This document shows positions 44,201 to 57,314 of a DNA stretch of 64,000 nucleotides, one piece after another. The notes beneath the pieces are model-generated. The model did no database searches. It was given only the letters and a program-made list of their open reading frames with translations, and was not told where the DNA came from. The first letter of the stretch is position 1; each line of letters opens with the position of its first letter. A program made the position numbers and the translations under genes. Source of the DNA: Eledone cirrhosa (lineage: Eukaryota); assembly GCA_964016885.1 (NCBI GenBank), contig OZ024740.1, positions 27,156,001-27,220,000 on the forward strand, written 5' to 3'.

Positions 44201-47200
44201 CTTCCTAGATACACATGTCAGGTCCAGTTTGTTATTAGACTACACATGTCAGGTCCAGTGTCTTCCTAGACTACACAGGTCAGGTCGAGAGTCTTCCTAG
44301 ACTACACATGTTAGGTCCAGTGTCTTCCTAGACTACACATTTCAGGTCCTGTGTCTTCCTAAATACACATGTCAGGTCCAGTGTCTTCCTAGATACACAT
44401 GTCATGTCCAGTTTCTTCCTAGATACACATGTCAGGTCCAGTGTGTTCCTAGACTTCACAGGTGAGGTCCAGTGTCTTATAGATACACAGGTAAGGTCCA
44501 GTGTTTCTAGACTACACAGGTGAAATCCACTGTCTTCCTAGATACACATGTCAGGTCCAGTGTTTTCCTAGATACACATGTGATGTCCAGTGTCTTCCTA
44601 GACTACAGAGTTGAGGCCTAGTGTCTTCCTAGATACACATGTGAAGACCAGTGTCTTCCTAGACTACACACCTCAGGTCCAGTGTGTTCCTAGACTACAC
44701 TTGTCAGATCCAGGATCTTCCTAGACTACACAGAAGAGGTCCACTGTCTTCCTAGATACACATATCAGGTCCAGTGTTTTTCTAGATAAACATGTGATGT
44801 CCAGTGTCTTCCTAGACTACACAGTTGAGGCCTTGTCTCTTCCTAGATACACATGTGAAGACCAGTGTCTTCCTAGAATAAACTTGTCAGGTTTAGTATC
44901 TTCCTAGATACACATATCAGGTCCTGTACCTTCCTAGTTACACATGTCAGGTCCAGTGTCTTCCTAGACTACACATGTCAGATCCAGTGTCTTTCTAGAC
45001 TACACAGGAGAGGTCCAGTGTCTTCCTAGATACAGATGTCAGGTCCTGTGTCTTCTAGCCTACACATGTGAGGTCCAGTGTCTTCCTAGACTACACAGGT
45101 GAGGTCCAGTGTCTTCCTAGACTACACATGTCAGGTCCTGAGTCTTCCTAGATACACATGGCAGTACCAGTGTCTTCCTAGACTACACATGTCAGGTCCT
45201 TAGTCTTCCTAGATACACATGTCAGGTCCAGTGTCTTCCTAGATACACATGTCAGGTCCAGTGTCTTCCTAGACTACACATGTCAGGTCGAGAGTCTTCC
45301 TAGACTAAACATGTGAGGTCCAGTGTCTTCCTAAACTACACAGGTGAGGTCCAGTGTCTTCCTAGACTACACATGTCAGGTCCTGTGTCTTCCGAGATAG
45401 ACGTGTCAGGTCCAGTGTCTTCCTAGATACACAGATGAGGTCCAGTGTCTTCCTAGACTACACATGTCAGGTCCTTTGTCTTCCTAGATACACATATCAG
45501 GTCCAGTGTCTTCCTAGATACACATGTGAGGTCCAGTGTTTCTAGACTACACAGGTGAAGTCCAGTGTCTTCCTAGACTACACATGTCAGGTGCAGTGTC
45601 TTCCTAGATTACACGTTAGGTCCCGTGTCTTCCTAGACTACACATGTGAGGTTCAGTGTCTTCCTATACTACACATGTCAGGTCCAGTGTCTTCCTAGAT
45701 ACACATGTCAGGTCCAGTGTCTTCCTAGACTACACAGGTGAGGTCCAGTGTCTTCCTAGACTACACAGGTGAGGTCCAGTTTCTTCCTAGACTACACATG
45801 TGAGGTCCAGTGTCTTCCTAGATGACACATGTCAGGTCATGTGTCTTCCTAGACTATACATGTGAGGTCCAGTATCTTCCTACATACACAGGTCAGGTCC
45901 ATTGTCTTACTAGACTACACAGGTGAGGTCCAGTGTCTTCCTACACTACGCAGGTGAGGTCCAGTGTCTTACTAGACTACACATGCCAGGTCCAGTGTCT
46001 TCGTAGACTACACATGTCAGGTCCAGTGTCTTCCTAGACTACACATGTCAGGTCCAGTGTCTTCGTAGACTACACATGTCAGGTCCAGTGTCTTCCTAGG
46101 TACACATGTCAGGTCCAGTGTCTTCCTTGACTACATATATCAGGTCCAGTCTCTTCCTAGACTACACATATCAGGTCCAGTGTCTTCTTAGATACACATG
46201 TGATGTCCACTGTCTTCCTAGACTACAGATGTCAGGTTCAGTCTTCCTAGACTACACATGCGAGGTCCAGTGTCTTCCTAGAATACACATGTCAGGTCCA
46301 GTGTCTTCCTAGAATACACATGTCAGGTCCAGTGTCTTCCTAGAATACTCATGTCAGGGCCAGTGTCTTCCTAGACTACACATATCAGGTCCAGTGTCTT
46401 CCTAGATACACATGTGATGTCCAATGTCTTCCTAGACTACAGATGTCAAGTCCAGTGTCATCCTAAACTACACATGCAATGTCCAGTGTCTTCCTAGATA
46501 CACAGGTGAGGTCCAGTGTCTTCCTAGACTACACAGGTGACGTCCAGTGTCTTCCTAGAATACACATGTCAGGACCAGTGTCTTCCTAGACTACACAGGT
46601 GAGGTCCAGTCTCTTCCTAGAACACATGTCAGATCCAGTGTCTTCCTAGATAAACCTGTCATGTCCAGTGTCTTCCTACACTACACATGTCAGGTCCAGT
46701 GCCTTCCTAGATACACATGTGAGGTCCAGTGTCTTCCTAGACTACGCAGATTAGGTCCAGTGTCTACCTAGACTACAGACTTCAGGTCCAGTGTCTTCCG
46801 AAATACACAGGTGAGGTCCAGTGTCTTCCTAGACTACACAGGAGATGTCCATTGTCTTCCTAGATACAAATGTCAGGTCCTCTGTCTTCCTAGACTACAC
46901 ATGTCAAGACCAGTGTCTTCCTAGATACACTTGTCAGGTCCAGTGTCTTCCTAGCCTACACATGTCAGGTCCTGAGTCTTCCTAGATACACATGGCAGGA
47001 CAAGTGTCTTTTTAGACTAAACAGGTGAACTCCAGTGTCTTCCTAGACTACACATGTTAGGCCCAGTGTCTTTCTAGACTAAACAGGTGAACTCCAGTGT
47101 CTTCCTAGACTACACCTGTCAGGTCCATAGTCTTCCTAGACTACACAGGTGAGGTCCAGTGTCTTCCTAGACTACACAGGTGAGGTCCAGTGTCTTCATA

Positions 47201-50200
47201 GACTACACCTGTCAGGTCCAGTGTCTTCATAGACTACACATGTGAGGTCCAGTGTCTTTCTAAACTACACAGATGAGGTCCAGTGTCTTCATAGACTACA
47301 CATGTGAGGTCCAGTGTCTTTCTAAACTACACAGATGAGGTCCAGTGTCTTCCTAGACTACACATGTGAGGTCCAGTGTCTTTCTAAACTACACAGGCGA
47401 ATTCCAGTGTCTTCCTAGACTACACCTGTCAGGTCCAGTATCTTCCTAGACTACACATGTGAGGTCCAGTGTCTTCCGAGATGGACATGTGAGGTCTAGT
47501 GTATTCCTAGACTACACATGTCAGGTCCAGTGTCTTTCTAAACTACACAGGTGAGGTCCAGTGTCTTCCTAGACTACACATGTGAGGTCTAGTGTATTCC
47601 TAGAAACACATGTCAGGTCCAGTGTCTTCCGAGATGGACATGTGAGGTCTAGTGTATTCCTAGAAACACATGTCAAGTCCACTGTCTTCCTAAACTACAC
47701 AGGTGAGGTCCAGTGTATTCCTAGACTAAACATGTGAGGTCCAGTGTCTTCCTAGACTACACATGTGAGGTCCAGTGTCTTCCTAGACTACACATGTCAG
47801 GTCCAGTGTCTTTCTAAACTACACAGATGAGGTCCAGTGTCTTCCTAGACTACACATGTGAGGTCCAGTGTATTCCTAGACTACACATGTCAGGTCCAGT
47901 GTCTTCCGAGATGGACATGTGAGGTCTAGTGTATTCCTAGAAACACATGTCAAGTCCACTGTCTTCCTAAACTACACAGGTGAGGTCCAGTGTATTCCTA
48001 GACTACACATGTCAGGTCCACTGTCTTCCTAAACTACACAGGTGAGGTCCAGTGTATTCCTAGACTACACATGTCAGGTCCGGTCTCTTCCGAGATAGAC
48101 ATGTTAGATCCTTTGTCTTCCTAGATACACATGTCAGGTCCTGTGTCTTCCAAGATAGACATGTCAGGTCCAGTGTCTTCCTAGACTACACATGTGAGGT
48201 ACGGTGTCCTCCTAGACTACACATGTCAGGTCCAGTGTCTTCCTAGACTAGAGATGTCAGGTCCAGTGTCTTCCTAGACTACACATGTCAGGTCCAGTGT
48301 CTTCCTAGATACACATGTCATGTCCAGTGTCTTCCTAGATACACATGTCAGGTCCAGTGTGTTCCTAGACTTCACAGGTGAGGTCCAGTTTCTTATAGAT
48401 ACACAGGTGAGGTCCAGTGTTTCTAGACTACACAGGTGAAATCCACTGTCTTCCTAGATACACATGTCAGGTCCAGTGTTTTCCTAGATACACATGTGAT
48501 GTCCAGTGTCTTCCTAGACTACGCAGTTGAGGCCTAGTGTCTTCCTAGATACACATGTGAAGACCAGTGTCTTCCTAGACTACACACGTCAGGGCAAGTG
48601 TGTTCCTAGACTACACTTGTAAGGTCCAGGATCTTCCTAGACTACACAGGAGAGGTCCACTGTCTTCCTAGATACACATATCAGGTCCAGTGTTATTCTA
48701 GATAAACATGTGAGGTCCAGTGTCTTCCTAGACTACACAGTTGAGGCCTTGTCTCTTCCTAGATACACATGTGAAGACCAGTGTCTTCCTAGACTAAACT
48801 TGTGAGGTTTAGTATTTTCCTAGACCACACATATCAGGTCCTGTACCTTCCTAGACTACACTGGTCAGGTCCAGTGTCTTCCTAGTTACACATCTCAGGT
48901 CCAGTGTCTTCCTAGACTACACATGTCAGATCCAGTGTCTTCGTAGACTACACAGGAGAGGTCCAGTGTCTTCCTAGATACAGATGTCAGGTCCTGTGTC
49001 TTCTAGCCTACACATGTGAGGTCCAGTGTCTTCCTAGACTACACAGGTGAGATCCAGTGTGTTCCTACACTACACATGTCAGGTCCTGAGTCTTCCTAGA
49101 TACACATGACAGGACCAGTGTCTTCCTAGGCTACACATGTCAGGTCCTTACTCTTCCTAGATACACATGTCAGGTCCAGTGTCTTCCTAGATACAAATGT
49201 CAGGTCCAGTGTCTTCCTAGACTACACATGTCAGGTCGAGAGTCTTCCTAGACTACACATGTGAGGTCCAGTGTCTTCCTAAACTACACAGGTGAGGTCC
49301 AGTGACTTCCTAGACTACACATGTCAGGTCCTGTGTCTTCCGAGATAGATATGTCAGGTCCAGTGTCTTCCTAGATACACAGATGAGGTTCAGTGTCTTC
49401 CTAGACTACACATGTCAGGTCCTTTGTCTTCCTAGATACACATGTCACGTCCAGTGTCTTCCTAGACTACACAGGTGAGGTCCAGTGTCTTCCTAGACTA
49501 CACAGGTGAGGTCCAGTGTCTTCCTAGATGACACATGTCAGGTCATGTGTCTTCCTAGACTATACATGTGAGGTCCTGTATCTTCCTACATACACAGGTC
49601 AGGTCCATTGTCTTACTAGACTACACAGATGAGGTCCAGTGTCTTCATAGACTACACATGTGAGGTCCAGTGTCTTCCTAGACTACACATGTGAGGTACG
49701 GTGTCTTCCGAGATAGACATGTCAGGTCCAGTGTCTTCCTAGACTACACATGTCAGGTCCAGTGTCTTCCTAGACTACACATGTCAGGTCCAGTGTCTTC
49801 CTAGATACACATGTCAGGTCCAGTGTCTTCCTAGACTACACATGTCAGGTCGAGAGTCTTCCTAGACTACACATGTGAGGTCCAGTGTCTTCCTAGACTA
49901 CACATGTCATGTCCTTTGTCTTCCTAGACTACACATATCAGGTCCAGTGTCTTCCTAGATACACATGTGAGGTCCAGTGTTTCTAGACTATACAGGTGAA
50001 GTCCAGTGTCTTCCTAGACTTCACATGTCAGGTGCAGTGTCTTCCTAGATTACACGTTAGGTCCCGTGTCTTCCGAGCTAACATGTGAGGTCCAGTGTCT
50101 TCCTATACTACACAGAAGAGGTCCAGTGTCTTCCTAGATACACATGTCAGGTCCAGTGTCTTCCTAGACTACACAGGTGAGGTCCAGTGTCTTCCTAGAC

Positions 50201-50884
50201 TACACAGGTGAGGTCCAGTGTCTTCCTAGACGACACATGTCAGGTCATGTGTCTTCCTAGACTATACATGTGAGGTCCTGTATCTTCCTACATACACAGG
50301 TCAGGTCCATTGTCTTCCTACACTACGCAGGTGAGGTCCAGTGTCTTACTAAACTACACATCTCAGGTCCAGTGTCTTCCTAGATACACATGTCAGGTCC
50401 AGTGTCTTCCTAGACTACACATGTCAGGTCCAGTGTCTTCGTAGACTACACATGTCAGGTCCAGTGTCTTCCTAGACTACACATGTCAGGTCCTGAGTCT
50501 TCCTAGATACACATATCAGGACCAGTGTCTTCCTAGAATACACATGTCAGGTCCAGTGTCTTCCTAGCCTACACAGGTGAGGTCCAGTGTCTTCCTAGAC
50601 TACACAGGTGAGGTCCAGTGTTTTCCTAGATACACAGGTGAGGTCCAGTGTCTTCCTAGACTACACAGGTCAGGTCCAGTGTCTTCCTAGACTACACAGG
50701 TGAGGTCCAGTGTTTTCCTAGACTACACAGGAGAGGTCCAGTGTCTTCCTAGACTACACAGGTGAGGTCCAGTGTCTTCTTAGACTACACATGTCAGGTC
50801 CAGTGTCTTCCTAGACTACACAGGTGAGGTCCAGTGTCTTCTTAGACTACACATGTCAGGTCCAGTGTCTTCCTAGGCTACACC
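38248..50884. repeat. Tandem satellite, 30/31-bp unit (ccagtgtcttcctaga[c]tacacatgtcaggt), ~400 copies
   Basis: Clear 30-31 nt periodicity. More diverged than the 45-bp array. Confidence 0.97.
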
Positions 50885-50889
50885 GTTAC

Positions 50890-50899
50890 ACTACAACTA

Positions 50900-50957
<58 letters not shown>

Positions 50958-50962
50958 GTCGT

Positions 50963-51000
<38 letters not shown>

Positions 51001-51048
51001 TTACTACTACTTCTACTACGACTACTACTACCGTTACTACTACTACTA

Positions 51049-51095
<47 letters not shown>

Positions 51096-51114
51096 GCCGC
51101 TACAACTACTACTT

Positions 51115-51165
<51 letters not shown>

Positions 51166-52296
51166 ATACTTCTACTACTAATACTACTACTACTACTGGT
51201 GCTGTTGCTATTACGGCCACTACTAATTACTGCCACCACCACCAACACCACTACCGCTGCAACTTCAACCACCACCGCCAAAGTCACCACTACAATTAAA
51301 ACTGCCACCAACACCATCACCACTACAACTGCCACCACCACCATCACCACTACAACTTCAACTGCCACCACTACCATCAACACTACGACTACAACTGCCA
51401 TCACCACCAACACCACTACCGCTGCAACTTCCACCACCACTACAATTACAACCACCACCACCACCAACACCACTACAACTACAACTGGCACCACCACCAC
51501 CCACTATCACCACTACAACTGTCACCACCACCAACACCACTACAACTACAACCGCCACCACCACCAACACCACTACAACTACAACCGCCACCACTACCAA
51601 CACCACTACAACTACAACTGCCACCACCACCATCTCCACTACAACTTCAACTGCCACCACCAATACCACCACTACAACTGCAACTGCCACCTACTCCACC
51701 ACCAAAACCACCACCACCAAAACCGCCACCACCAACACTACCATCACCACAACCACCACAACCATCTCCTCTACCACAAAAACCACCACCACCACCGCCA
51801 CAACCATGTCCTCCACCACAAAAACCACCACAACCACTACCACCACTACCAACACTAGCACCACCACCACAACCACCTCCACCAACACTACCATCAGCAC
51901 AACCACCACCACCACAGCCATCTCCTACACCACAAAAAACACTACCACCACTACCACCATTACCACCACTGCCACCGCCACCACCACCACCACCTCCACC
52001 ACCACAACCATCTCCTCCACCACAAAAACCACCACCACCACCACTACCACCTCTACCACCACCACCACCACCACCACTACCACCACTGTCACCACTACCA
52101 CCACCACCACTACCACCACCACTACCACCACCACTACCACCACCACCACCACAACAACCACCACCAACACTACCATAAGCACCACCACCACCACCACAAC
52201 AATTTCCTCCACCACTGTCACCACCACCACCACAACCACCACCACCACCACAACAACCACCACCACGACTACCATCACCACCACCACCACCACCAT
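50890..52296. repeat. (CTA)n followed by degenerate (CAC/CAA)n triplet tract
   Basis: Direct inspection. Confidence 0.9.
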
Positions 52297-52347
52297 CGTT
52301 AAGGTATATTCCCCTTGGTTATGTCAAAATTTATAAAACACACTTTG

Positions 52348-52408
52348 TATTTTATCTGATGATAGCGTACCAAAATTTAGGTACCCTTGAAATATATATA
52401 ATAGAATA
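52348..52408 (+). ncRNA. Type I hammerhead ribozyme motif (family F11)
   Basis: tattttat-CTGATGA-tagc-gtacc..ggtac-cctt-GAAA-tatata-TA-atagaata. 8-bp stem I with one G-U pair, AUA site. Confidence 0.8.
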
Positions 52409-52549
52409 AATATGGTTTTATAAATATAGATTCCATTTATTTAATATCATTGTATATTATACTCCAGAAAACTTGTCGAGTGCTCTGAATCAGTTATAAA
52501 CATTTATATGTGTTGGATTACCAACAAATTGTATATCCCCTCTGCTTAC

Positions 52550-52588
<39 letters not shown>

Positions 52589-53078
52589 CGCATATACATA
52601 TATATGTGTGTGTATATATATATATATAAACACACATGGCCTTTGCCCTTCTTCATATTAAGGTCCTAGTGGTGTGTTGGTAGTTTAGGTTACATATGCA
52701 TTGGTGCAATGCTATTGTCCTCCTGAGAGTTTTTCAGAGAGAGATACCCACTGCATAGCAACAGTATCCACATATAGATAGTTCAAATCAATTGACCTCA
52801 CAAGCTTCGGTATAAATAGGCATCAATGCTCCTATATATGCAAGCATGTATATATATATATATATGTATATATATTGTTATACTTGGGGAGGGTCATATT
52901 TGTGTAATATTGCCAGAATTAATAACAGAACACACTCACTGTTTGGTTGGTTTTTGTTTTTCGCTTCTGTGTCTTTTATATCGGTTAATTTAATTTATTC
53001 GGTCCTCAATGCTGCCATTGACTGACCAACGATCAAAAATACAGATACAATATTGACACAAACACATATATATAGTTT

Positions 53079-53120
53079 GTCAAAGTTCTTTCGTTGCACA
53101 TCTGCAACATCGTCAGTGGT
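53079..53120 (-). ncRNA. Minimal hammerhead motif in PLE-A 3' pLTR
   Basis: acca-CTGACGA-t-gttgca-gatg-tgcaac-GAAA-gaac-TT-tgac; stem I is weak. Confidence 0.62.
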
Positions 53121-53459
53121 GCTATTGTTTCCGCCCGTTGCATTGTATTTTCTACGCCATCTTTATATAGTCTGTTTATATATTTGTTTATTTGTTTATT
53201 TATTTGTTTTTTTTTGTCTTATTTGCGCATGCGTTTGCGTGTGTGTATAGTGTTTTGTTTGATGTGTGTTCGTGATTGGGTGACTGTGTATTGGTTAAAG
53301 TATTCTATCTTTACTAGTGTGTGTGTTGTTATTGTGCTTGTGTATGTATTTATTTATTTATTTATTTATATATTTATTTATTTATTTATTTATTTATACT
53401 TCTCTTAGGTCACTGTTGTTTGTTTGGGTGTTGTTGTTATTCCATTTTTACTGTTTAGC

Positions 53460-56400
53460 CTTGGCCTTCTAAGTTCTATGTTTCTGCAAGTACCCTCTGT
53501 ACATCTTATGCTATAGACTACGTTTCTAGTTTTACAGTTTATCCGGGGGTTTACTTTACATATGATACATTTCCTATTAGTACAGTGGTTTTCTTAAAAG
53601 GGTAGGTTTTGCTGATCAGGGATTTTATGGTGGTTCCTGGCTTTTCTACCACCTTAATCTTTAAGTGGGTCTTTCTCAGGGCCTTTCTACACTGGTTAGC
53701 TAATTTCCCTCCAGGGGTAGTGTCCACAAACATGACACTCTGGTATCTCTGGTTGTCGTACCATGAGGTGGCTTTCCCTATCTTATGTCTAGCCCTATCT
53801 AAGCTATTCCATGATTTGCTCCTGTATAATGGGCAAATTCCTTTCATGTCCAGTTCTATGAGGGTTTATACTTCTCCATGGCTCCTTCGTATACTCTGAT
53901 TCTGTATCTTTCGTTGTAGCGAGAGAACTGCATGCGGTTGATGAAATGTTGGATGTGTCTTTCCATTTCTGTTGGGTCGCACATGCGGGACACGTTCTTC
54001 ATCACTCGTACCATGTATGCGATCAGAATATTAAACTTAGCACTACTGGACATTGCTGAGTTTTTGAGTATCAGGCATTTGGAGGCCATTGGTTTAGCAT
54101 AGTGTGAGTGGAGAATTTGGGCTCTCTCGTCTATAGTGTTAATCCAGATTTCCGTGTCTAATACAGGCAGTCTATTGTTAGGGTGTTTGGAAGGGTAGTC
54201 GATAGTTACAGTTATACTCTGGTGTATGGAATTATCTATCTGCTGGATGCTTTCCATTGTGCTACATTCTAAATCAAACTTGTTAGTGATCTCTTGTGGG
54301 AATGTTCTTATTCCTATATTGATAACGTCTACGTAACGAGAGTACATGATGAGGTCTATGGAGCTCTCATCAAGGAGATCTTTAAGTCTCCTTTCCCACC
54401 ATACCATAAAAAGTTTGGCTGCTCCCTAATTTTGGGTGTAGATCTTCTCGTTGAACTTCAATGTGGCCCTTTAGGGTAGTTGTGATACTAGCCCCTATTG
54501 CATGTTCGACCATTTTTCTTACCTGATCATTGTTTTGGGGGTCCGTATATATTTGGTCCACCCAATCCACCTTCCCATGGGAGTCTTTTTAGCCATTGGG
54601 GTTATGGTGGGGAGTCTACCTCTCATGGGTCTACCGGGGAAGAAACGTTTAAGGTGATGGCTATCTAGGTAGTCAGTGTCGTAGATAAGTCTAAGTAGGA
54701 AGCCCAGTTCGTCTGTGTCGACGCCGCAGAACTCCACCTCACTCTCGATGATCATCTCCAAACATTTTTCCACAGCAAAATCAATGTTAATGGATGGGTA
54801 CAGTGATACCACATCCATGCTGCCTATTATGCAGTTGGATAGGTTCCTGTTTTTGTTGCACTCACTGATTCTGCTGAGGAGGTTCTCTGTACTGTCACAT
54901 ACATCTGGGGACATCTTGATTATGGGGCGTATAACCATTGAGAGGAAGTAGGAGATCCTGTAGTTGCTAGCTATATTTGCTCCGCTTACTGGTCTTGTAG
55001 GTGGTCCTGTTGTCGGATCGTCGACTGTCTTGTGGTCTTTGCGGAACCCATTCAGGGGTGGTATGCCATTGTCAGACGCCTGGAAGTTGTTGGCAGTGCG
55101 TCTGCTTGGCTTTAGGATGTCGTTCCACATCATCATGTGAGCGTTGAGGATTTTCTCTCTCCCATCATGTATTTGCTGTGCAATTTCGCTCGTGTTGGTG
55201 ATGTGGGGTTGCATAGCCTTGATGTAGTTCGGCATGCTGTCTATTGATATCCTACCAGATTTATCCGTGGGTAGACATACTACCTCACCATCCCTTGTGC
55301 GCTGCTCGAGGCTAACCAAGCCTTATACAGGTTTCCTCCCAAGTTGTTGGACCTCTGGTCTGCTCTGTCTCTTAGTATACCGGTCTACTATTTGTCTAAT
55401 CTTATTTCTAGCTATGGTGAACTGTGCCTCTGTCTCGTCATCTATTTGTTGTGGTATGCAAACTATTTTATTAAAGGGTAACCACCTTATATGTTTTGTC
55501 AGCTGGGTTGAAGAATAGTTTCTCTAAGGGGTTGTCATTATATCTATCGTCATAGTTGTGTGTGTTGCTATTATTGTTATTATGGTGGTTGTTGTTGTTC
55601 CTATCATTAGCATTATTATTATTGTTATGATTGCTAGATGTATTGTTGCTGTGATTGTTAGATGTATTGTTGTTTTCTCCACCGTTATTGTTGTTGTTAC
55701 TGTTATTTCTACCATTGTGGTTGTTACTTTTATTATGTTTCTTGTTTTTGTTGTGTCTATTAGGAATGTTGCTCCATGTATTATTTTTATTATTACCACT
55801 GTGGTTGTTGTTGTTGTTGTTGTTATTCGTATTGTTACCGTTATTACTACTGTGGTCGCTGCTGCTGTGTCTGTAGTTAATGTTTCTATTATTATTATTA
55901 TGGTGGTTGTTGTTGTTGTTCTGTCTATCGTTAATATTATTACCATTATTACTATTTCTCACTCGCCTGCTATTGTTATTGTTATGACTATTACTATTAT
56001 AGCTGCTATTTCTATACTCAGAGTTATTGTTTATATTACTACTACTGTTATTATTGTTGTTGTTGTCCGTATAGTTGTTGTTGTTATTTACTTTTGCATT
56101 CCAACGTATTTCTGTGAAACACTTTTCCAGCTCCGTTTTGCACTCCATAGGGTTAATCTTTTTGTAGATAGCAAATGTTGGTGGTAGCTGCAGGATTTGT
56201 TGTTCTTGTTCACTGATTAAAGTGTTCCCATAAATAATTACTGTGTGGTCATTGGTAAATTCTTCCGGTAGTTTCACATCAGTCATACGGATATTGTTGA
56301 TGTTATCTGAGTATTTTTGAGAATATTCTATTTTTCTTTCTTCTAGTTTTTTTCTTATTCATCCATTCTAATTTCTTATAGAAATGCCTATTGCATTCGT

Positions 56401-56830
56401 TTCGGGCGTATTTCGTTTCACGTCGGATGACGCTCATGAAGTCATCCCTTTCGTTTCGTGTGGTGAGATTTCGGACTTCCTTACCGTTAATGCGTTTCTG
56501 TCTGTAAAGTTCGTTGACTTTTGTGTATGTTGATCTTTTCATATTAACTGTTATTGTGTGTTTTAGTCGTTCAGCTTGTGTTTTGTTCAATAATAAATTA
56601 TTTACTTCTTTTGATATGTTTGTTGTGTATATTTTGGAGGAAACACAGTGTATTAAGAAGAGGATTTGTTCTGTTGTTATTGTAGTTTTTATATAACAGA
56701 AAACAGTGTCTTTCAATAACCTTTCAGCTTGGCACAAGCTAATGCCATAACGGCGATAAATTAGTTTTGCGAGGTTTTTGATATGATATCGTGTGTCGAA
56801 ACAAATATTGTTATACTTGGGGAGGGTCAT
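53460..56830 (-). pseudogene. Frameshifted PLE polyprotein (N-terminus, Asn-rich insert, RT, thumb, Cys linker; GIY-YIG largely deleted)
   Basis: ORF pieces 56303-56830, 55471-56286, 54519-55319 (PTDKSG, RKDHK..RPV, GSMDVVSLYPSI), 53856-54407 (YSRYVDV, LPVLDT) and 53551-53847. Confidence 0.9.
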
Positions 56831-57011
56831 ATTTGTGTAATATTGGCAAAATTAATAACAGAACACACTCACTGTTTGGTTGGTTTTCGCTTTTCGCTTC
56901 TGTGTCTTTTATATCGGTTAACTTAATTTATTCGGTCCTCAATGCTGCCATTGACTGACCAACGATCAAAAATACAGATACAATATAGATACAAACACAT
57001 ATATATAGTTT

Positions 57012-57053
57012 ATCAAAGTTCTTTCGTTGCACATCTGCAACATCGTCAGTAGT
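57012..57053 (-). ncRNA. Minimal hammerhead motif in PLE-A 5' pLTR
   Basis: acta-CTGACGA-t-gttgca-gatg-tgcaac-GAAA-gaac-TT-tgat; stem I is weak. Confidence 0.62.
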
Positions 57054-57314
57054 GCTATTGTTTCCTCCCGTGGCATTGTATTTTCTACGTCATCTTTATT
57101 TAGTCTGTTTATATATTTATTTATTTGTTTACTTAGTTTTTTTTTGTCTTCTTTGCGCATGCGTTTGCGTGTGTGTATATTGTTTTGTTTGATGTGTGTT
57201 CGTGATTGGGTGACTGTGTATTGGTTAAAGTATTCTATCTTTACTAGTGTGTGTTTATATGTGTTTGTTGTTATTGTGCTTGTGTATGTATTTATTTATT
57301 TATTTATACTTCTC

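Noticed and set aside
38248-50884. CRISPR-like appearance of ~30-bp repeats
   Set aside because: Units are head-to-tail with no unique spacers, there are no cas genes, and the context is eukaryotic.
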